64,000 nt of DNA, taken from contig OZ242005.1 in NCBI GenBank assembly GCA_965204725.1, positions 2,944,001 through 3,008,000 on the forward strand. The letters run 5' to 3'. Position 1 is the first letter of the stretch; every line of letters starts with the position of its first letter. The position numbers and the translations under genes are program-made. Positions 47,112 through 57,097 of the stretch are shown piece after piece. The notes under the pieces are model-generated. The model worked only from the letters and a program-made list of their open reading frames with translations, did no database searches and had not been told where the DNA came from. The stretch comes from Candidatus Latescibacterota bacterium (lineage in GTDB: Bacteria; Latescibacterota; UBA2968; UBA8231).

Positions 47112-47921
47112 TTATATGGCCGAAAACAGAAAGGGATTCGGCCGCTTGGAGGCGTAGAAGACTTCGACAAAGCGCCACATCGCCCGCTCTGAATCCCAGA
47201 CCAGCCGACAGAAGAAGGGGGTGCAAACCGGCCTGGTCGCCCCGGCGAACTCGGCCGGCTCTTCGGTGACAAACGCGATGTCAGTGAAGACCCGTTTCTC
47301 TCCCGCCCGCAACGCCGCTTCCACCTCTCGCTGCAACTTGAACTTGCTCTTGACGACGCCCGGCCGATGCGACCGATAGCCCTCGTAGCGGCCCTGCATC
47401 TCAAACACCTTGAAGGTGCTGTGGCGGAAGAAGGCGTGGCCAAAGCGGTATTCGCAGCCTTGACCGTCGAGGACGGCGCGGTGCATGGCTTGCAAGAGGT
47501 CAAAGGGCGTGTCGCCTTTGGGGACGCCCCAATGCTCTAGGGTCTCTTTTATATGCTTCAAGGCCGTGGGGTTGTTGACGCCCTCGCGGAGGTAGAACTG
47601 GGCGGCGAGGCTGTCGTTGCCGGAGACGGAGAAGGCGACGAGAAAGTCGTAGAGCCAAGCGCGCAAGTCGGCTTCTTGCTCGGGGACGATGGGGACGCCC
47701 GCCGCGATGGGGATGGATTCGATGGCCTGCCACAACGTGGGACCGGCCTTGACCTCGATCTTCTCCGCGGTGTGGATGTAGTCCAGCAAGCCTTGGATCT
47801 GGTCGAGGCGAGGGGTAAAGCCGCCGTCTGGCCGCTTGGTCTGGACGGCTGCTGCGCTGGAGACATCGCCATAGACGGCGATCAGGGCGACGCACAAGAT
47901 GCGAATGGCTAAGCGTTGCAT
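47112..47921 (-). CDS. Hypothetical secreted protein
   Basis: Signal peptide; GGAGG RBS; co-oriented with the ECF pair. Confidence 0.65.
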   Translation of the reverse strand: MQRLAIRILCVALIAVYGDVSSAAAVQTKRPDGGFTPRLDQIQGLLDYIHTAEKIEVKAGPTLWQAIESIPIAAGVPIVPEQEADLRAWLYDFLVAFSVSGNDSLAAQFYLREGVNNPTALKHIKETLEHWGVPKGDTPFDLLQAMHRAVLDGQGCEYRFGHAFFRHSTFKVFEMQGRYEGYRSHRPGVVKSKFKLQREVEAALRAGEKRVFTDIAFVTEEPAEFAGATRPVCTPFFCRLVWDSERAMWRFVEVFYASKRPNPFLFSAI

Positions 47922-48011
47922 GATGCCCTCCTTTGCGGAAGAGTGCGGGTTGAGTTGTTGCGTCTTTGCCCTATATGATCCACCAAGCGCGATTATGTGA
48001 ACCGCTAAAGC

Positions 48012-48042
48012 AAAAAAAAAACCGCCTAGGAGCCTAGGCGGT
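48012..48042 (-). terminator. Intrinsic terminator
   Basis: accgcctagg/cctaggcggt stem plus a long T-run on the minus strand. Confidence 0.85.
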
Positions 48043-48066
48043 CGCGCAAACCACAAACTACTCTTC

Positions 48067-50979
48067 TCACAACGCCTTGACCGGCGTCAGCCAGTTGCCG
48101 CGGGCGGCCGAAGCCGCTGCAATCGCGTCGGCCGACCCCAACACCGCGACTCGGCCCGCTGCGCCGACTTGGTCCAGCACGGCGGCAAAATCCGCAAAGT
48201 GCTCGGCCTTAGTCGCCAAAACTTGGTCGCGCATTTGCTGGCGATAGGCGTCGTCAATCCCGGTCAGGTAGCGCACCAGTGAGGCGTAGCCCTTGGCGTC
48301 GGGGAGCTGATAGGCGTCGAGATCGCCGATGGTGCCGATGATCGCCTTAGTCAGCTCGTCGCTGCTAATCGGAAAGTCGCGCAAGAAAGCCCCGCTCTGG
48401 TCGTACACTTGCAGCGTCTCCAGCAAGTTGGGATCGCGGTACGACGCGTACGCGAACACCCCGGTAAACGGGTCGAGGGAGCAAAAGGCCCCGTACGCGC
48501 CCCCTTGGACTCGCACCCGATCCCACAGCCAAGTCGTGGCTAAGTAGCGAGTGATGACGGCCGCCGACCCGTCCAATTCGTAGCCGAGCGCGAAGAGGTT
48601 GGCCGCCTTGCCCACGTAGTTGACTTGAGCGGGGACGGTTAGGCCCTCGTCGGCCGCCGTCAGGTGCGGCGTCCAAGTCGCGGGCGGGTGCGCCTCTTGC
48701 GGCAACGCGCGCAGCAGCGTCGCCAAGCTCTGGTCGCACACAGCGCGGTCGTCGCCAGCTACGGTCGCATTGCACAGCATACCCGGCCGGTTGACCAACA
48801 GGGCGCGGATATGCTCCAGCCGCGCCTGCACGGCCGGCCAGTCGCGGTGGATGTCTGCGATGAGCTGCCGCAAGAAGAACAAATAGCTCAAGCCGCGCAT
48901 CTGCTCTGCGAGCCAGCCCGTCTCGTCGAATTGCGCTCGCAACCGGGTGGCTACCACTCGGTGTCCGCCCGGCACCAGCCCGGCCTCTGCACTGGCCCGC
49001 TCTTCTAAGGCCATTTGCAAAAAACGCTCGCGGTCGTCGAGGCGGCCCTCTAGCAGCACGTCGCGCACAATCGCCGTCAGGTCGGCGACCCGGTCGACCA
49101 TGGCCTTGCCGCGCAAAAAGAGGTACGCGGCGGCCGGCCCGCCGCCGCGGCGCGTCCCCACCAGCGAATGGGCATTCAGGCCGCCGGTCTGGCTGCCGAT
49201 TCGTTGTTGCAGCTCGACAAAGCTCATGCTTTTGGTCCCCATCTCCAGCAGGGCGCGCCCAAAAAGCGGGATATAGGGCAAAAGCTCTTGGGGCAACACC
49301 CGCAGGTCGCAGCCCACGTCGAGATAGGCGATGCCGTTGGTAAAGAGGTCGTGGTGGAGCACCGGCACGCCAGCGATTTGGTCCTCTTGCCGAGGCACGG
49401 TCTTGACCGCTGAGTCGAGGTCGCTCAATTGCAGGCGGGGCAGCTTGGCCAACGCCTCGGGCGGGTCGGGTTGCTCTTGCCGGCGCTTGAGCTGTTGCGT
49501 CTTGGCGACTAGGGCCTCTAAATCCGCGTGGCTCATGCTCGCCCGGGCCGCGGCGAGGCGCGCGGTCTCTTCCTCCTCCAGCCGCGTCCCCAGCTCGGCA
49601 TCGGGCTGGAGGACCACGGTCGTGCGGTGGGCGTTGTCGAGGAGGTGGCGTTGGAGCAATCCCTCTAGATAGCGGTCGTCCGCCGCCAGCTTGGCCTTGA
49701 GCGCGGCGAATGAGTCGGCAAAGCGCAAGGGCGTGAAGGGGTCGCGGTCGTAGAGCCAGTCGGTCAGCAGCCGCAGCATCAGTCCCAAGCCACGCGGATA
49801 GGACCCGGTGTTGTTTTCCCGCAACAGGAACTCTGCGGTGTGCAGCGCGGCCGCGACCATCCCGCGGTCGATCCCGCCGCGCGCCAACTCGCCGAGGTGC
49901 TGCAAGATCAGGGCCTCAACCGCATCCTCATCGCCCGGTTGCACGCCCTTCAGGCCCACGCTGAAAAACATTTGCGCCAAGTCGGTCTCCAGCCCGCTGC
50001 CGGTCAAATCCTCGCCGAGCCCAGAGTCGATCAGGGCCTTGCGCAGCGGGGATCCCGGGGTGCCGAGCAGCGCGTATTCGAGCACCTGCAGGGCACGGCG
50101 CTCGTCGGCGTCAATCGCGTCTTGCAACAGCCAAGTGAGCGCGACAAAGCACTTGGGTTTTTCGGCCGCGTCTGGATCAACCGTATAGGGAAACTGCTGC
50201 CGCTTGGGCGCGGCAAAGCGCGGCTGGGTCCCAATGGTGGAATCAACGGCGTACGCCTCGTAGGCGCTTAGATAGTCGTGTAAAAGCGCGAGGCGTTGCT
50301 CGGGGTCGTCGTCGCCGTAGAAGTAGATGCGGGCGTTGGACGGGTGGTAAAACTCTTCGTGGAAACGCTTGAACTGGGCAAAGCTGAGGGCCGGGATGTG
50401 GCGAGGATCGCCGCCGGAATCCACGCCGTAGGTCGTGTCGGGGAGGACGGACTGCTGGGTGCGCTCGGCGAGGATCCGCTCGGGATCTGAATACGCGCCC
50501 TTCATTTCGTTGAAGACCACGCCTTTGTAGCGTAGCGGATCGCCGGCGTCTTCTAGCTCGTAGTGCCAGCCTTCTTGTTGCAAAACCTCCGGTGTGAGCC
50601 GCGGGTAAAATACCGCGTCGAGATACACGTCTATCAGGTTGTAGAAATCCTGCAAGTTGGTGCTGGCGACCGGGTAGCAGGTTTTGTCTGGATAGGTGAA
50701 GGCGTTGAGGAAGGTGTTGAGCGAGCCTTTGATCAGCTCGACAAACGGCTCCTTGACCGGGTACTTGCGCGAGCCGCACAACACGGAGTGTTCGAGGATG
50801 TGAGCAATGCCGGTCGAGTCGGCCGGCGGAGTGCGGAAGTTGATGCCAAAGACCTTGTTTTCGTCTTCGTTGATCAGCGAGACAATTTCGCAGCCGGTGC
50901 GGTGTCGGTAGAGTAAGGCGCGCGTGTTGATCTCGGGAATTTCCTCGTCGCGCAGCAGTTCAAAATCGCGGCGATCCAT
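48067..50979 (-). CDS. Peptidase M16C (presequence protease PreP-like)
   Basis: Inverted zinc motif 'HILEHSVLCGS', 'FLNAFT', 'GVVFNEMKG', 'RVQGGAYG', 'SYRDP'. Confidence 0.95.
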   Translation of the reverse strand: MDRRDFELLRDEEIPEINTRALLYRHRTGCEIVSLINEDENKVFGINFRTPPADSTGIAHILEHSVLCGSRKYPVKEPFVELIKGSLNTFLNAFTYPDKTCYPVASTNLQDFYNLIDVYLDAVFYPRLTPEVLQQEGWHYELEDAGDPLRYKGVVFNEMKGAYSDPERILAERTQQSVLPDTTYGVDSGGDPRHIPALSFAQFKRFHEEFYHPSNARIYFYGDDDPEQRLALLHDYLSAYEAYAVDSTIGTQPRFAAPKRQQFPYTVDPDAAEKPKCFVALTWLLQDAIDADERRALQVLEYALLGTPGSPLRKALIDSGLGEDLTGSGLETDLAQMFFSVGLKGVQPGDEDAVEALILQHLGELARGGIDRGMVAAALHTAEFLLRENNTGSYPRGLGLMLRLLTDWLYDRDPFTPLRFADSFAALKAKLAADDRYLEGLLQRHLLDNAHRTTVVLQPDAELGTRLEEEETARLAAARASMSHADLEALVAKTQQLKRRQEQPDPPEALAKLPRLQLSDLDSAVKTVPRQEDQIAGVPVLHHDLFTNGIAYLDVGCDLRVLPQELLPYIPLFGRALLEMGTKSMSFVELQQRIGSQTGGLNAHSLVGTRRGGGPAAAYLFLRGKAMVDRVADLTAIVRDVLLEGRLDDRERFLQMALEERASAEAGLVPGGHRVVATRLRAQFDETGWLAEQMRGLSYLFFLRQLIADIHRDWPAVQARLEHIRALLVNRPGMLCNATVAGDDRAVCDQSLATLLRALPQEAHPPATWTPHLTAADEGLTVPAQVNYVGKAANLFALGYELDGSAAVITRYLATTWLWDRVRVQGGAYGAFCSLDPFTGVFAYASYRDPNLLETLQVYDQSGAFLRDFPISSDELTKAIIGTIGDLDAYQLPDAKGYASLVRYLTGIDDAYRQQMRDQVLATKAEHFADFAAVLDQVGAAGRVAVLGSADAIAAASAARGNWLTPVKAL

Positions 50980-51072
50980 GGCGTCTCCTTTGGGGTCCTT
51001 TGTGGTTTAGTGCGGAAAACTAGCGGGCAAACATATTCGCGCTACGGCTTCTCAGCAAGGAAACAACGGCAC

Positions 51073-52224
51073 TCACGGCAGGGCAATTTTGCCGAGGACG
51101 ACCGGGCGCTGGGCGCGGGTGGCGGCTGGGATGTTGCCTGGGCGGCCCATCAGGGTTTCGTTGGCGAGGACCGCAAAGGCGAGGGCCTCGCGCGCGTCTG
51201 GATTGACGCCCAGCTCGGCCAGCGACCGCACCGCTAGGCCCGGCAGCGCGTGGCGCAGCCCCGCCATAATGCGCGGATTGTGGACGCCGCCGCCCCCGAC
51301 CCAGAGCGCGGCGAACTCCCCCGGGCAGAAGCGGCCAATGCCCTCGGCAATGGATTGCACGGTAAAGGCGGTCAGCGTGGCGATCAGATCGTCGTCGCGC
51401 CACTGGCCGCGCCGGAGAATATCCGCGAGAAAAGGCTCGCCAAACTCCTCGCGCCCGGTGGATTTGGGCGGCTCGCGCTGCAAGAAATCGGTGCGCATCA
51501 GATCGGCCAACAGGCCCTCGTCAATGCGTCCACGCGCCGCCCGCTGGCCCCCGCGGTCAAAGCGCTCGCGCCCGTTGGTGCAGTGCGCCACGGCCGCGTC
51601 AATGAGCATGTTGCCCGGCCCTAGGTCAAAGGCCCGTATCGCGCTGGCAGCGGCGTTGGGCGGCAAGACCGTGACGTTGGCGATCCCGCCGATGTTGAGC
51701 AGCAGACGCCCCTCGTGCCGCTGGGCAAAGAGCAGGTGATCGGCTAGCGGGACCAGCGGTGCGCCCTCGCCGCCGACCGCCATGTCGGCCACGCGAAAGT
51801 CCGCAATAGTCACCGCGCCCGTGCGAGCCGCAATGACGGCTGGCTCGCCAATCTGCAAGGTGGACCCGCTGGCCGGCAAGTGGCGCACGGTCTGCCCGTG
51901 CGAGCCGATCAGGTCAATGGCGTCGGGGCCGAGCTGAGCCTGCTCTAGTGCGGCTAGGGCCGCTGTGGCAAAAGCCTCGCCGAGGGCAAAATTGACCCGG
52001 CACAGTGCGTCGAGCGAAGCATCCTCGGCGAACAGGGCGAACACCTCGCGCCGCAACGCGCTGGGCAGCGGCGTGGTGGCAAAGGACAACATTTCGTAGC
52101 GCGTGGATTCGCCGCTGCCCCACAGATCGACCACCACCGCGTCAATCCCGTCGGCCGAGGTTCCAGACATCAGGCCCACGACCCGTCGCCGCTGCTTGGC
52201 GGCCAGTGTGGCCAGTTGGTGCAT
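51073..52224 (-). CDS. anmK: Anhydro-N-acetylmuramic acid kinase
   Basis: 'GLMSGTSADGID', 'GSHGQT', 'GGEGAPL', 'NIGGIAN', 'PKSTGRE'. Confidence 0.95.
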   Translation of the reverse strand: MHQLATLAAKQRRRVVGLMSGTSADGIDAVVVDLWGSGESTRYEMLSFATTPLPSALRREVFALFAEDASLDALCRVNFALGEAFATAALAALEQAQLGPDAIDLIGSHGQTVRHLPASGSTLQIGEPAVIAARTGAVTIADFRVADMAVGGEGAPLVPLADHLLFAQRHEGRLLLNIGGIANVTVLPPNAAASAIRAFDLGPGNMLIDAAVAHCTNGRERFDRGGQRAARGRIDEGLLADLMRTDFLQREPPKSTGREEFGEPFLADILRRGQWRDDDLIATLTAFTVQSIAEGIGRFCPGEFAALWVGGGGVHNPRIMAGLRHALPGLAVRSLAELGVNPDAREALAFAVLANETLMGRPGNIPAATRAQRPVVLGKIALP

Positions 52225-52227
52225 GTT

Positions 52228-53331
52228 TTAGGAGCGGTCGCGGGCCGAGTGCAGGTAGTAGCCAACGACCTGCCCGTGCCCGTCCATGACGTGTGCGCCC
52301 GGGTAGCGAATGGTCGTCGGACACACGTGCCCGGGCACGGCGAGGAGGTAGGTGCCGACGGCGGGTTGGGGTGCGGGCCAAGAGAACACGCCGTGCTCCT
52401 CGTTTTGCCTGAGCAGCTCGGCTGCGGGGTTTTGCAAGAGCTTGGCCCGGCTCGGCATGGGGCCATCGTCGCTAATGGCCTTGATGCCCAAGTCTGTGGT
52501 GATCGTCTGCTGCTCGGGATAGCGATCAATCACTTGCGTTAGGACGAGGGCCGCCCATTTGAAGGGCAGGTCGGCCATGGCGCGGCCGTACCCGGCATCC
52601 CAGTACACGCAGGTGCCCGGGGAGCCGTGCATCCCCTCTGTGCGGGCGTAGTATGGAAAGGAAAAGGAGCCGCCGCCGACGATCCGGGGCACGGCCAAGC
52701 CCGCGCCTTCGAGGGCTGCTTTTAGGCTTTGGGCATCGCGGATGTGCCGCTCGGCCGCTGCTTGGCGCGCTTTAGGCTCGGCGATGTGCTCGTGCCCGTC
52801 GTACAAGTGCAGCCCGCCCGGCGACAGGTGGGGGTGGTGAGCGATTTGGCGGTAGAGGTCGGCGGCCGCGTCCAAGGGGACGCCGGTGCGGAACATGCCC
52901 ACGTTGAGGTCGATCATCACCCGCAGGGTCTGCTGCTGCTCTTGGGCCACCGCGCCCAAGACCTGCACGTGTGCAGGCGTGCTGGCAATCGCGCGGACGG
53001 TCGCCGCACGGCGCACCAACGCGGCGAAGCGCAGCACCTTGCTTTTTTGCACTAGCGGATAGGACAAAATGGCTTCTTGGGCGCCGGCGTCGAGGGCCAT
53101 TTCCAGTTCCTTGAGCGTGGCGCATTTGAACCCGGCGACGCCGGATGCGAGTTGCTTGCGCGCCACGTCGATGGACTTGTGGGTCTTGACGTGGACGAAC
53201 AAATGCTCACTGCCGCCGACTAGTTCGCCGACTCGCTGGATGTTGTGGTCGAGTTGGTCGGCAAACACCAGCATGGCCGGCGTCTCAATGCCGTCCGGCT
53301 CAGCGACTTTGTACTCTCCTATTTCGATCAT
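52228..53331 (-). CDS. D-threonine aldolase / DSD1-family PLP enzyme
   Basis: 'ETPA', 'HVKTHKS', 'RTG', 'YDGH', 'EEHG', 'HVCPT'. Confidence 0.88.
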   Translation of the reverse strand: MIEIGEYKVAEPDGIETPAMLVFADQLDHNIQRVGELVGGSEHLFVHVKTHKSIDVARKQLASGVAGFKCATLKELEMALDAGAQEAILSYPLVQKSKVLRFAALVRRAATVRAIASTPAHVQVLGAVAQEQQQTLRVMIDLNVGMFRTGVPLDAAADLYRQIAHHPHLSPGGLHLYDGHEHIAEPKARQAAAERHIRDAQSLKAALEGAGLAVPRIVGGGSFSFPYYARTEGMHGSPGTCVYWDAGYGRAMADLPFKWAALVLTQVIDRYPEQQTITTDLGIKAISDDGPMPSRAKLLQNPAAELLRQNEEHGVFSWPAPQPAVGTYLLAVPGHVCPTTIRYPGAHVMDGHGQVVGYYLHSARDRS

Positions 53332-53439
53332 GACTTGGGTCGGGTTGGGGAGGTCGTCTTTGTAGCTCAGCGGAAGGTAGCACTCGTCGCCGGTCCGAGC
53401 AACTTTCTCTATTTTCTTCCCAATTCACAGGGAACCTGA

Positions 53440-55719
53440 ATGGCAAAAAGAAAGCAGAAGAGCAGGGTGCGCCGCGAGCTGGCCCTCCTCGCGCTCGGCC
53501 TGCTGGTGGGGGTCAGCTACCTGCCGGCGATGCTGTGGGGCGGCTTTGTCTGGGACGACTACTCATGCGTCATGACCGAGCCGGTGCGGAAAGTATCCGG
53601 CCTGTGGCAAATTTGGTTCTCGCCCGGCGATATCGAAGGAGAGGGGCACTACTGGCCGCTGGTCTATACGACCTTCTGGCTGGAGCACAAGCTGTGGGGC
53701 TTCAACCCGGCTGGCTACCACATCGTCAACGTGCTGCTACACGGGGCGAATACGCTGCTGGTGTGGCACCTTTTGCGGCGGCTGGCAGTGCCCGGCGCGT
53801 GGATGGTGGCCGCGGTGTTTGCCGTGCATCCGCTGCACGTGGAGTCGGTGGCTTGGATCATTGAGCGCAAGGACGTGCTTTCGGGCCTGTTCTACCTCGC
53901 CGCAGCGCTGACGTGGACGCGCTTTGTCGAGCAGCCGCGGCCGCAGCGGTACGCGGGGGCACTGGCGTTGTATGCGGCGGGCCTGCTCAGCAAATCCATT
54001 GCGATTACCCTGCCAGCGGCGCTTTTGCTCGGGCATTGGTGGAAACAGGGCCGCGTGACCTCGACCGACCTAGTGCGGCTGGTGCCGTTTTGCGCGGTAG
54101 GGCTAGCCATCACGGTCGGCGACTTGTCGTTTTATCGGGCTGTCGATACCAAGGCCCTCGGCGATCTCGACTACTCATTAACCGAACGAACGCTCATCGC
54201 GGCCCGCGCCCTGTGGTTTTACGCGGGTAAGCTCCTGTGGCCATCTGGCTTGGCCGTCATCTATCCTCTTTGGGACATCCGCGTCGCCGATCCGCTCGCT
54301 TGGGGGTATCTCATCGCCGCCATCGCACTGGCGGTGACCCTTTGGTGTTTCCGGCGACCGCTCGGGCGCGGACCGCTGGCCGGGGCGTTGTTCTTTGCGG
54401 TCACCCTGTCGCCGGTACTCGGCTTCGTCAATTACGGCTACATGCAGTACGCTTTCGTCGCCGACCGTTTTCAGTACCTCGCCGGCATCGGAGTCATGGC
54501 GGTCGTCATCGGTGCGGCCACCGCTGGGGTTCGTCGCCTGCCAAGCTGGGGGCAAAAGGGGGCACTGGGCGTTGCGGCCGTGGCCCTCGTCGCGCTGGGG
54601 CTGCTGACTTGGCGGCAGGCGAGCATCTATCGGGACGACGAAACCTTCTATCGCCACATCATCGCGCTCAATCCGCAGGCGCGGGGTGCCCACCTCAACT
54701 TAGGCTCCGCCCTATACAAGCAGGCACGGCACGAGGAAGCCCTCGACATAGCCCGCATCGCCGTCGAAAAAGAACGCGCCTTGGCCTCGCTCAACTCGGC
54801 GCATCTGCGCGGCATGCGCCGACAGGCATTTCGACGCAGGCTCGCGCTAGCCGATGCCAACCTCGGCGCGATCCTCAATGCGCTCGGGCGCGTCGAAGAA
54901 GCAGAAACCCACCTGCGCCGAGCCATCGCGCTCGACCCGCAGGCGCGGAGGGCGTACCTCAATTTAAGCAAGGCCCTGTACAAGCAGGCACGGTATGAGG
55001 AAGCCCTCGACGCAGCCCGCATCGCCGTACAGCAAGACCCCGAATACGCCAAGGCCCACCTCAACTTGAGCGCGGCTTTGTACAAGCAGGCACGGTATGA
55101 GGAAGCCCTCGACGCAGCCCGCGTCGCCGTACAGCAAGACCCCGAGTACGCGAAGGCCCAAGCCAATCTCGGCGCGATTCTCAATGCGCTGGGGCGCGTC
55201 GAAGAAGCGGAAACCCACCTGCGCCGCGCCATCGCACTTGACCCGCAAGATGTCGATCTTTTCGCGCAGGTACTCATGCGACAGGGGCGCTACCAAGAAG
55301 CGATTGACGTCCTAGCCCAAGCGGCGGCATTGGCCCCGGCCTTGCCGCAGGCCGCCGAGCTGCATTTTCGCATGGGTCAGGCCGCGCAGCAAAACGGGCA
55401 ACCCGAGGCCGCGGCCGAATACTACATGCGCGCCTTTGAGTTGAACCCACGGCATACGGAAGCTATCCGTTGGCTGGGCCGTCTGCGGAACGAGCAGCAG
55501 CGCTACGACGAGGCACTCGAACTCTTTCAGCGCCTCGTCCACATCGACTCCAGCGACGCAGTGGCCTTGGGCAACATGGGCGTCGCCCTGTTCTACTTGA
55601 ACAGAAGAGACGAGGCCCTGCAACGCTTCGACCAAGCACTCTCCCTCGACCCAACCCTCGAAAGCGCACGGGTCAACCGCGAGGCCGTGCTCAAGGCGAT
55701 GGAAGGAGTGCCCGAATAG
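53440..55719 (+). CDS. TMTC-like membrane glycosyltransferase with TPR repeats
   Basis: 'FVWDD', 'HPLHVESVAWIIERKD', 'ADRFQYL'; C-terminal TPRs. Confidence 0.88.
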   Translation: MAKRKQKSRVRRELALLALGLLVGVSYLPAMLWGGFVWDDYSCVMTEPVRKVSGLWQIWFSPGDIEGEGHYWPLVYTTFWLEHKLWGFNPAGYHIVNVLLHGANTLLVWHLLRRLAVPGAWMVAAVFAVHPLHVESVAWIIERKDVLSGLFYLAAALTWTRFVEQPRPQRYAGALALYAAGLLSKSIAITLPAALLLGHWWKQGRVTSTDLVRLVPFCAVGLAITVGDLSFYRAVDTKALGDLDYSLTERTLIAARALWFYAGKLLWPSGLAVIYPLWDIRVADPLAWGYLIAAIALAVTLWCFRRPLGRGPLAGALFFAVTLSPVLGFVNYGYMQYAFVADRFQYLAGIGVMAVVIGAATAGVRRLPSWGQKGALGVAAVALVALGLLTWRQASIYRDDETFYRHIIALNPQARGAHLNLGSALYKQARHEEALDIARIAVEKERALASLNSAHLRGMRRQAFRRRLALADANLGAILNALGRVEEAETHLRRAIALDPQARRAYLNLSKALYKQARYEEALDAARIAVQQDPEYAKAHLNLSAALYKQARYEEALDAARVAVQQDPEYAKAQANLGAILNALGRVEEAETHLRRAIALDPQDVDLFAQVLMRQGRYQEAIDVLAQAAALAPALPQAAELHFRMGQAAQQNGQPEAAAEYYMRAFELNPRHTEAIRWLGRLRNEQQRYDEALELFQRLVHIDSSDAVALGNMGVALFYLNRRDEALQRFDQALSLDPTLESARVNREAVLKAMEGVPE

Positions 55720-55800
55720 AATTCTTGGTCGCCTCGCCTGAGTTCGTTATTTTGTCGGCGCGATACGCCCTCCATCACCCCAATCCAAAGGAAGCCTCTA

Positions 55801-56640
55801 ATGCTCAAGCTAGGCTGCATGTCCCTCAGCTACAAAGACGAATTTGCCGCGAATAAGCTCAACTTGGAGCAGTTCATTGAACGCGCCTATCAGCTCGGCC
55901 TCGACGGTATCGACATTCACACGCGCGCCTTTGCCTCGCTCGACCCGGCGTATCTGCGCCGCATTCGCATGCAGGCTTTTCGGCGCGGGCTCGCGCTCTC
56001 GTACATCGGCGTCAGTTCCAACTACGGCAAGCCCCAAGACGAGCTTGCCGCCGAAGTTGCGACCACCAAGGAGTGGATTGACGTGGCCGCGTTCATGGGC
56101 ATTCCGCTGGTCAGGGTTTTTGCCGCGTGGATTCCCGAAGGCGACCGCGAAGAGGACGTGTGGGCGCGGATGATGCCCTGCCTCGAGGAAGTGGCGGCCC
56201 ACGGCGAGGAAAAGGGCGTGGTCGTCGGCTTGCACAACCACAATCACGGCTGCGTCACGCGCACGGGCAAAGACGTGCGCCGAATTATCGAGGGCGTCAA
56301 CAACCCCTATTTCTCGCACATCCTCGACACGGGTCAATACGTCGGCTCTCCCGGGGCTTCGGGCCAGCGCGGGCACGAGGATCCCGCCCTCAACTTTTAC
56401 GGCAGCATCGAGGAAACCGCTCCGTTGGCCGTCCACGTCCGGTGTAAAATCTATCGCGTCCAAAGCGGTGTTGAAGAGTGGCTCAACTATCCGCGCATCT
56501 TTGAGATTTTGCGGGGAGTCAACTACAATGGTTGGCTGTCGGTGGTGTACGAAGGGCAGGACGTGGAAGCAGAGGCGACCGCCGTGCCCAAGGCCGTGCG
56601 CTACTTGCGCGGCTTGATGGCCGAATACGACGCGGCGTAA
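55801..56640 (+). CDS. Sugar phosphate isomerase/epimerase
   Basis: 'VRVFA', 'HNH', 'LDTG', 'YNGWLSVVYEG'. Confidence 0.85.
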   Translation: MLKLGCMSLSYKDEFAANKLNLEQFIERAYQLGLDGIDIHTRAFASLDPAYLRRIRMQAFRRGLALSYIGVSSNYGKPQDELAAEVATTKEWIDVAAFMGIPLVRVFAAWIPEGDREEDVWARMMPCLEEVAAHGEEKGVVVGLHNHNHGCVTRTGKDVRRIIEGVNNPYFSHILDTGQYVGSPGASGQRGHEDPALNFYGSIEETAPLAVHVRCKIYRVQSGVEEWLNYPRIFEILRGVNYNGWLSVVYEGQDVEAEATAVPKAVRYLRGLMAEYDAA

Positions 56641-56659
56641 GCAGCGAGGGCCGGTCAGA

Positions 56660-57067
56660 ATGGGCACTGCGCTTGGCACACCCCGCACCTTGGTAAAGTT
56701 CTCTCTGACCGGCCTCAGCGGGGTGGTCGTCAATCTCGGTTCGTTCCATCTCCTGCTCGAACTCGGCGTCCATAAATATCTGGCCTCACCCGCTGCTATT
56801 GAAATCTCGGTCGTTTCAAATTTTTTCCTCAACAACTATTGGACCTTTGCCGACCGCGCCTTGAGCGGCCACAAGCGGCTGCGGGGTTTGCGGTTTCACC
56901 TCGTGTCCCTGCTAGCCCTGGGGGTGAGCTATGCGACGTTTCTCGTCCTGTCGGTGCTGTTGCCGCACATCGCGCCGGTGTGGCTGCAAGGGTGCGCCAT
57001 CGCGCCGGGCACGGCGGTCAACTACATTCTCAATTCTTACTGGACGTTTCGGCCGGAAGAGCCTTGA
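56660..57067 (+). CDS. GtrA-family protein
   Basis: 'KFSLTGLSGVVVN', 'NFFLNNYWTF', 'NYILNSYWTF'. Confidence 0.9.
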   Translation: MGTALGTPRTLVKFSLTGLSGVVVNLGSFHLLLELGVHKYLASPAAIEISVVSNFFLNNYWTFADRALSGHKRLRGLRFHLVSLLALGVSYATFLVLSVLLPHIAPVWLQGCAIAPGTAVNYILNSYWTFRPEEP

Positions 57068-57097
57068 GCGGCCAAGGTGGGGTTTGCAGACCGCTGC

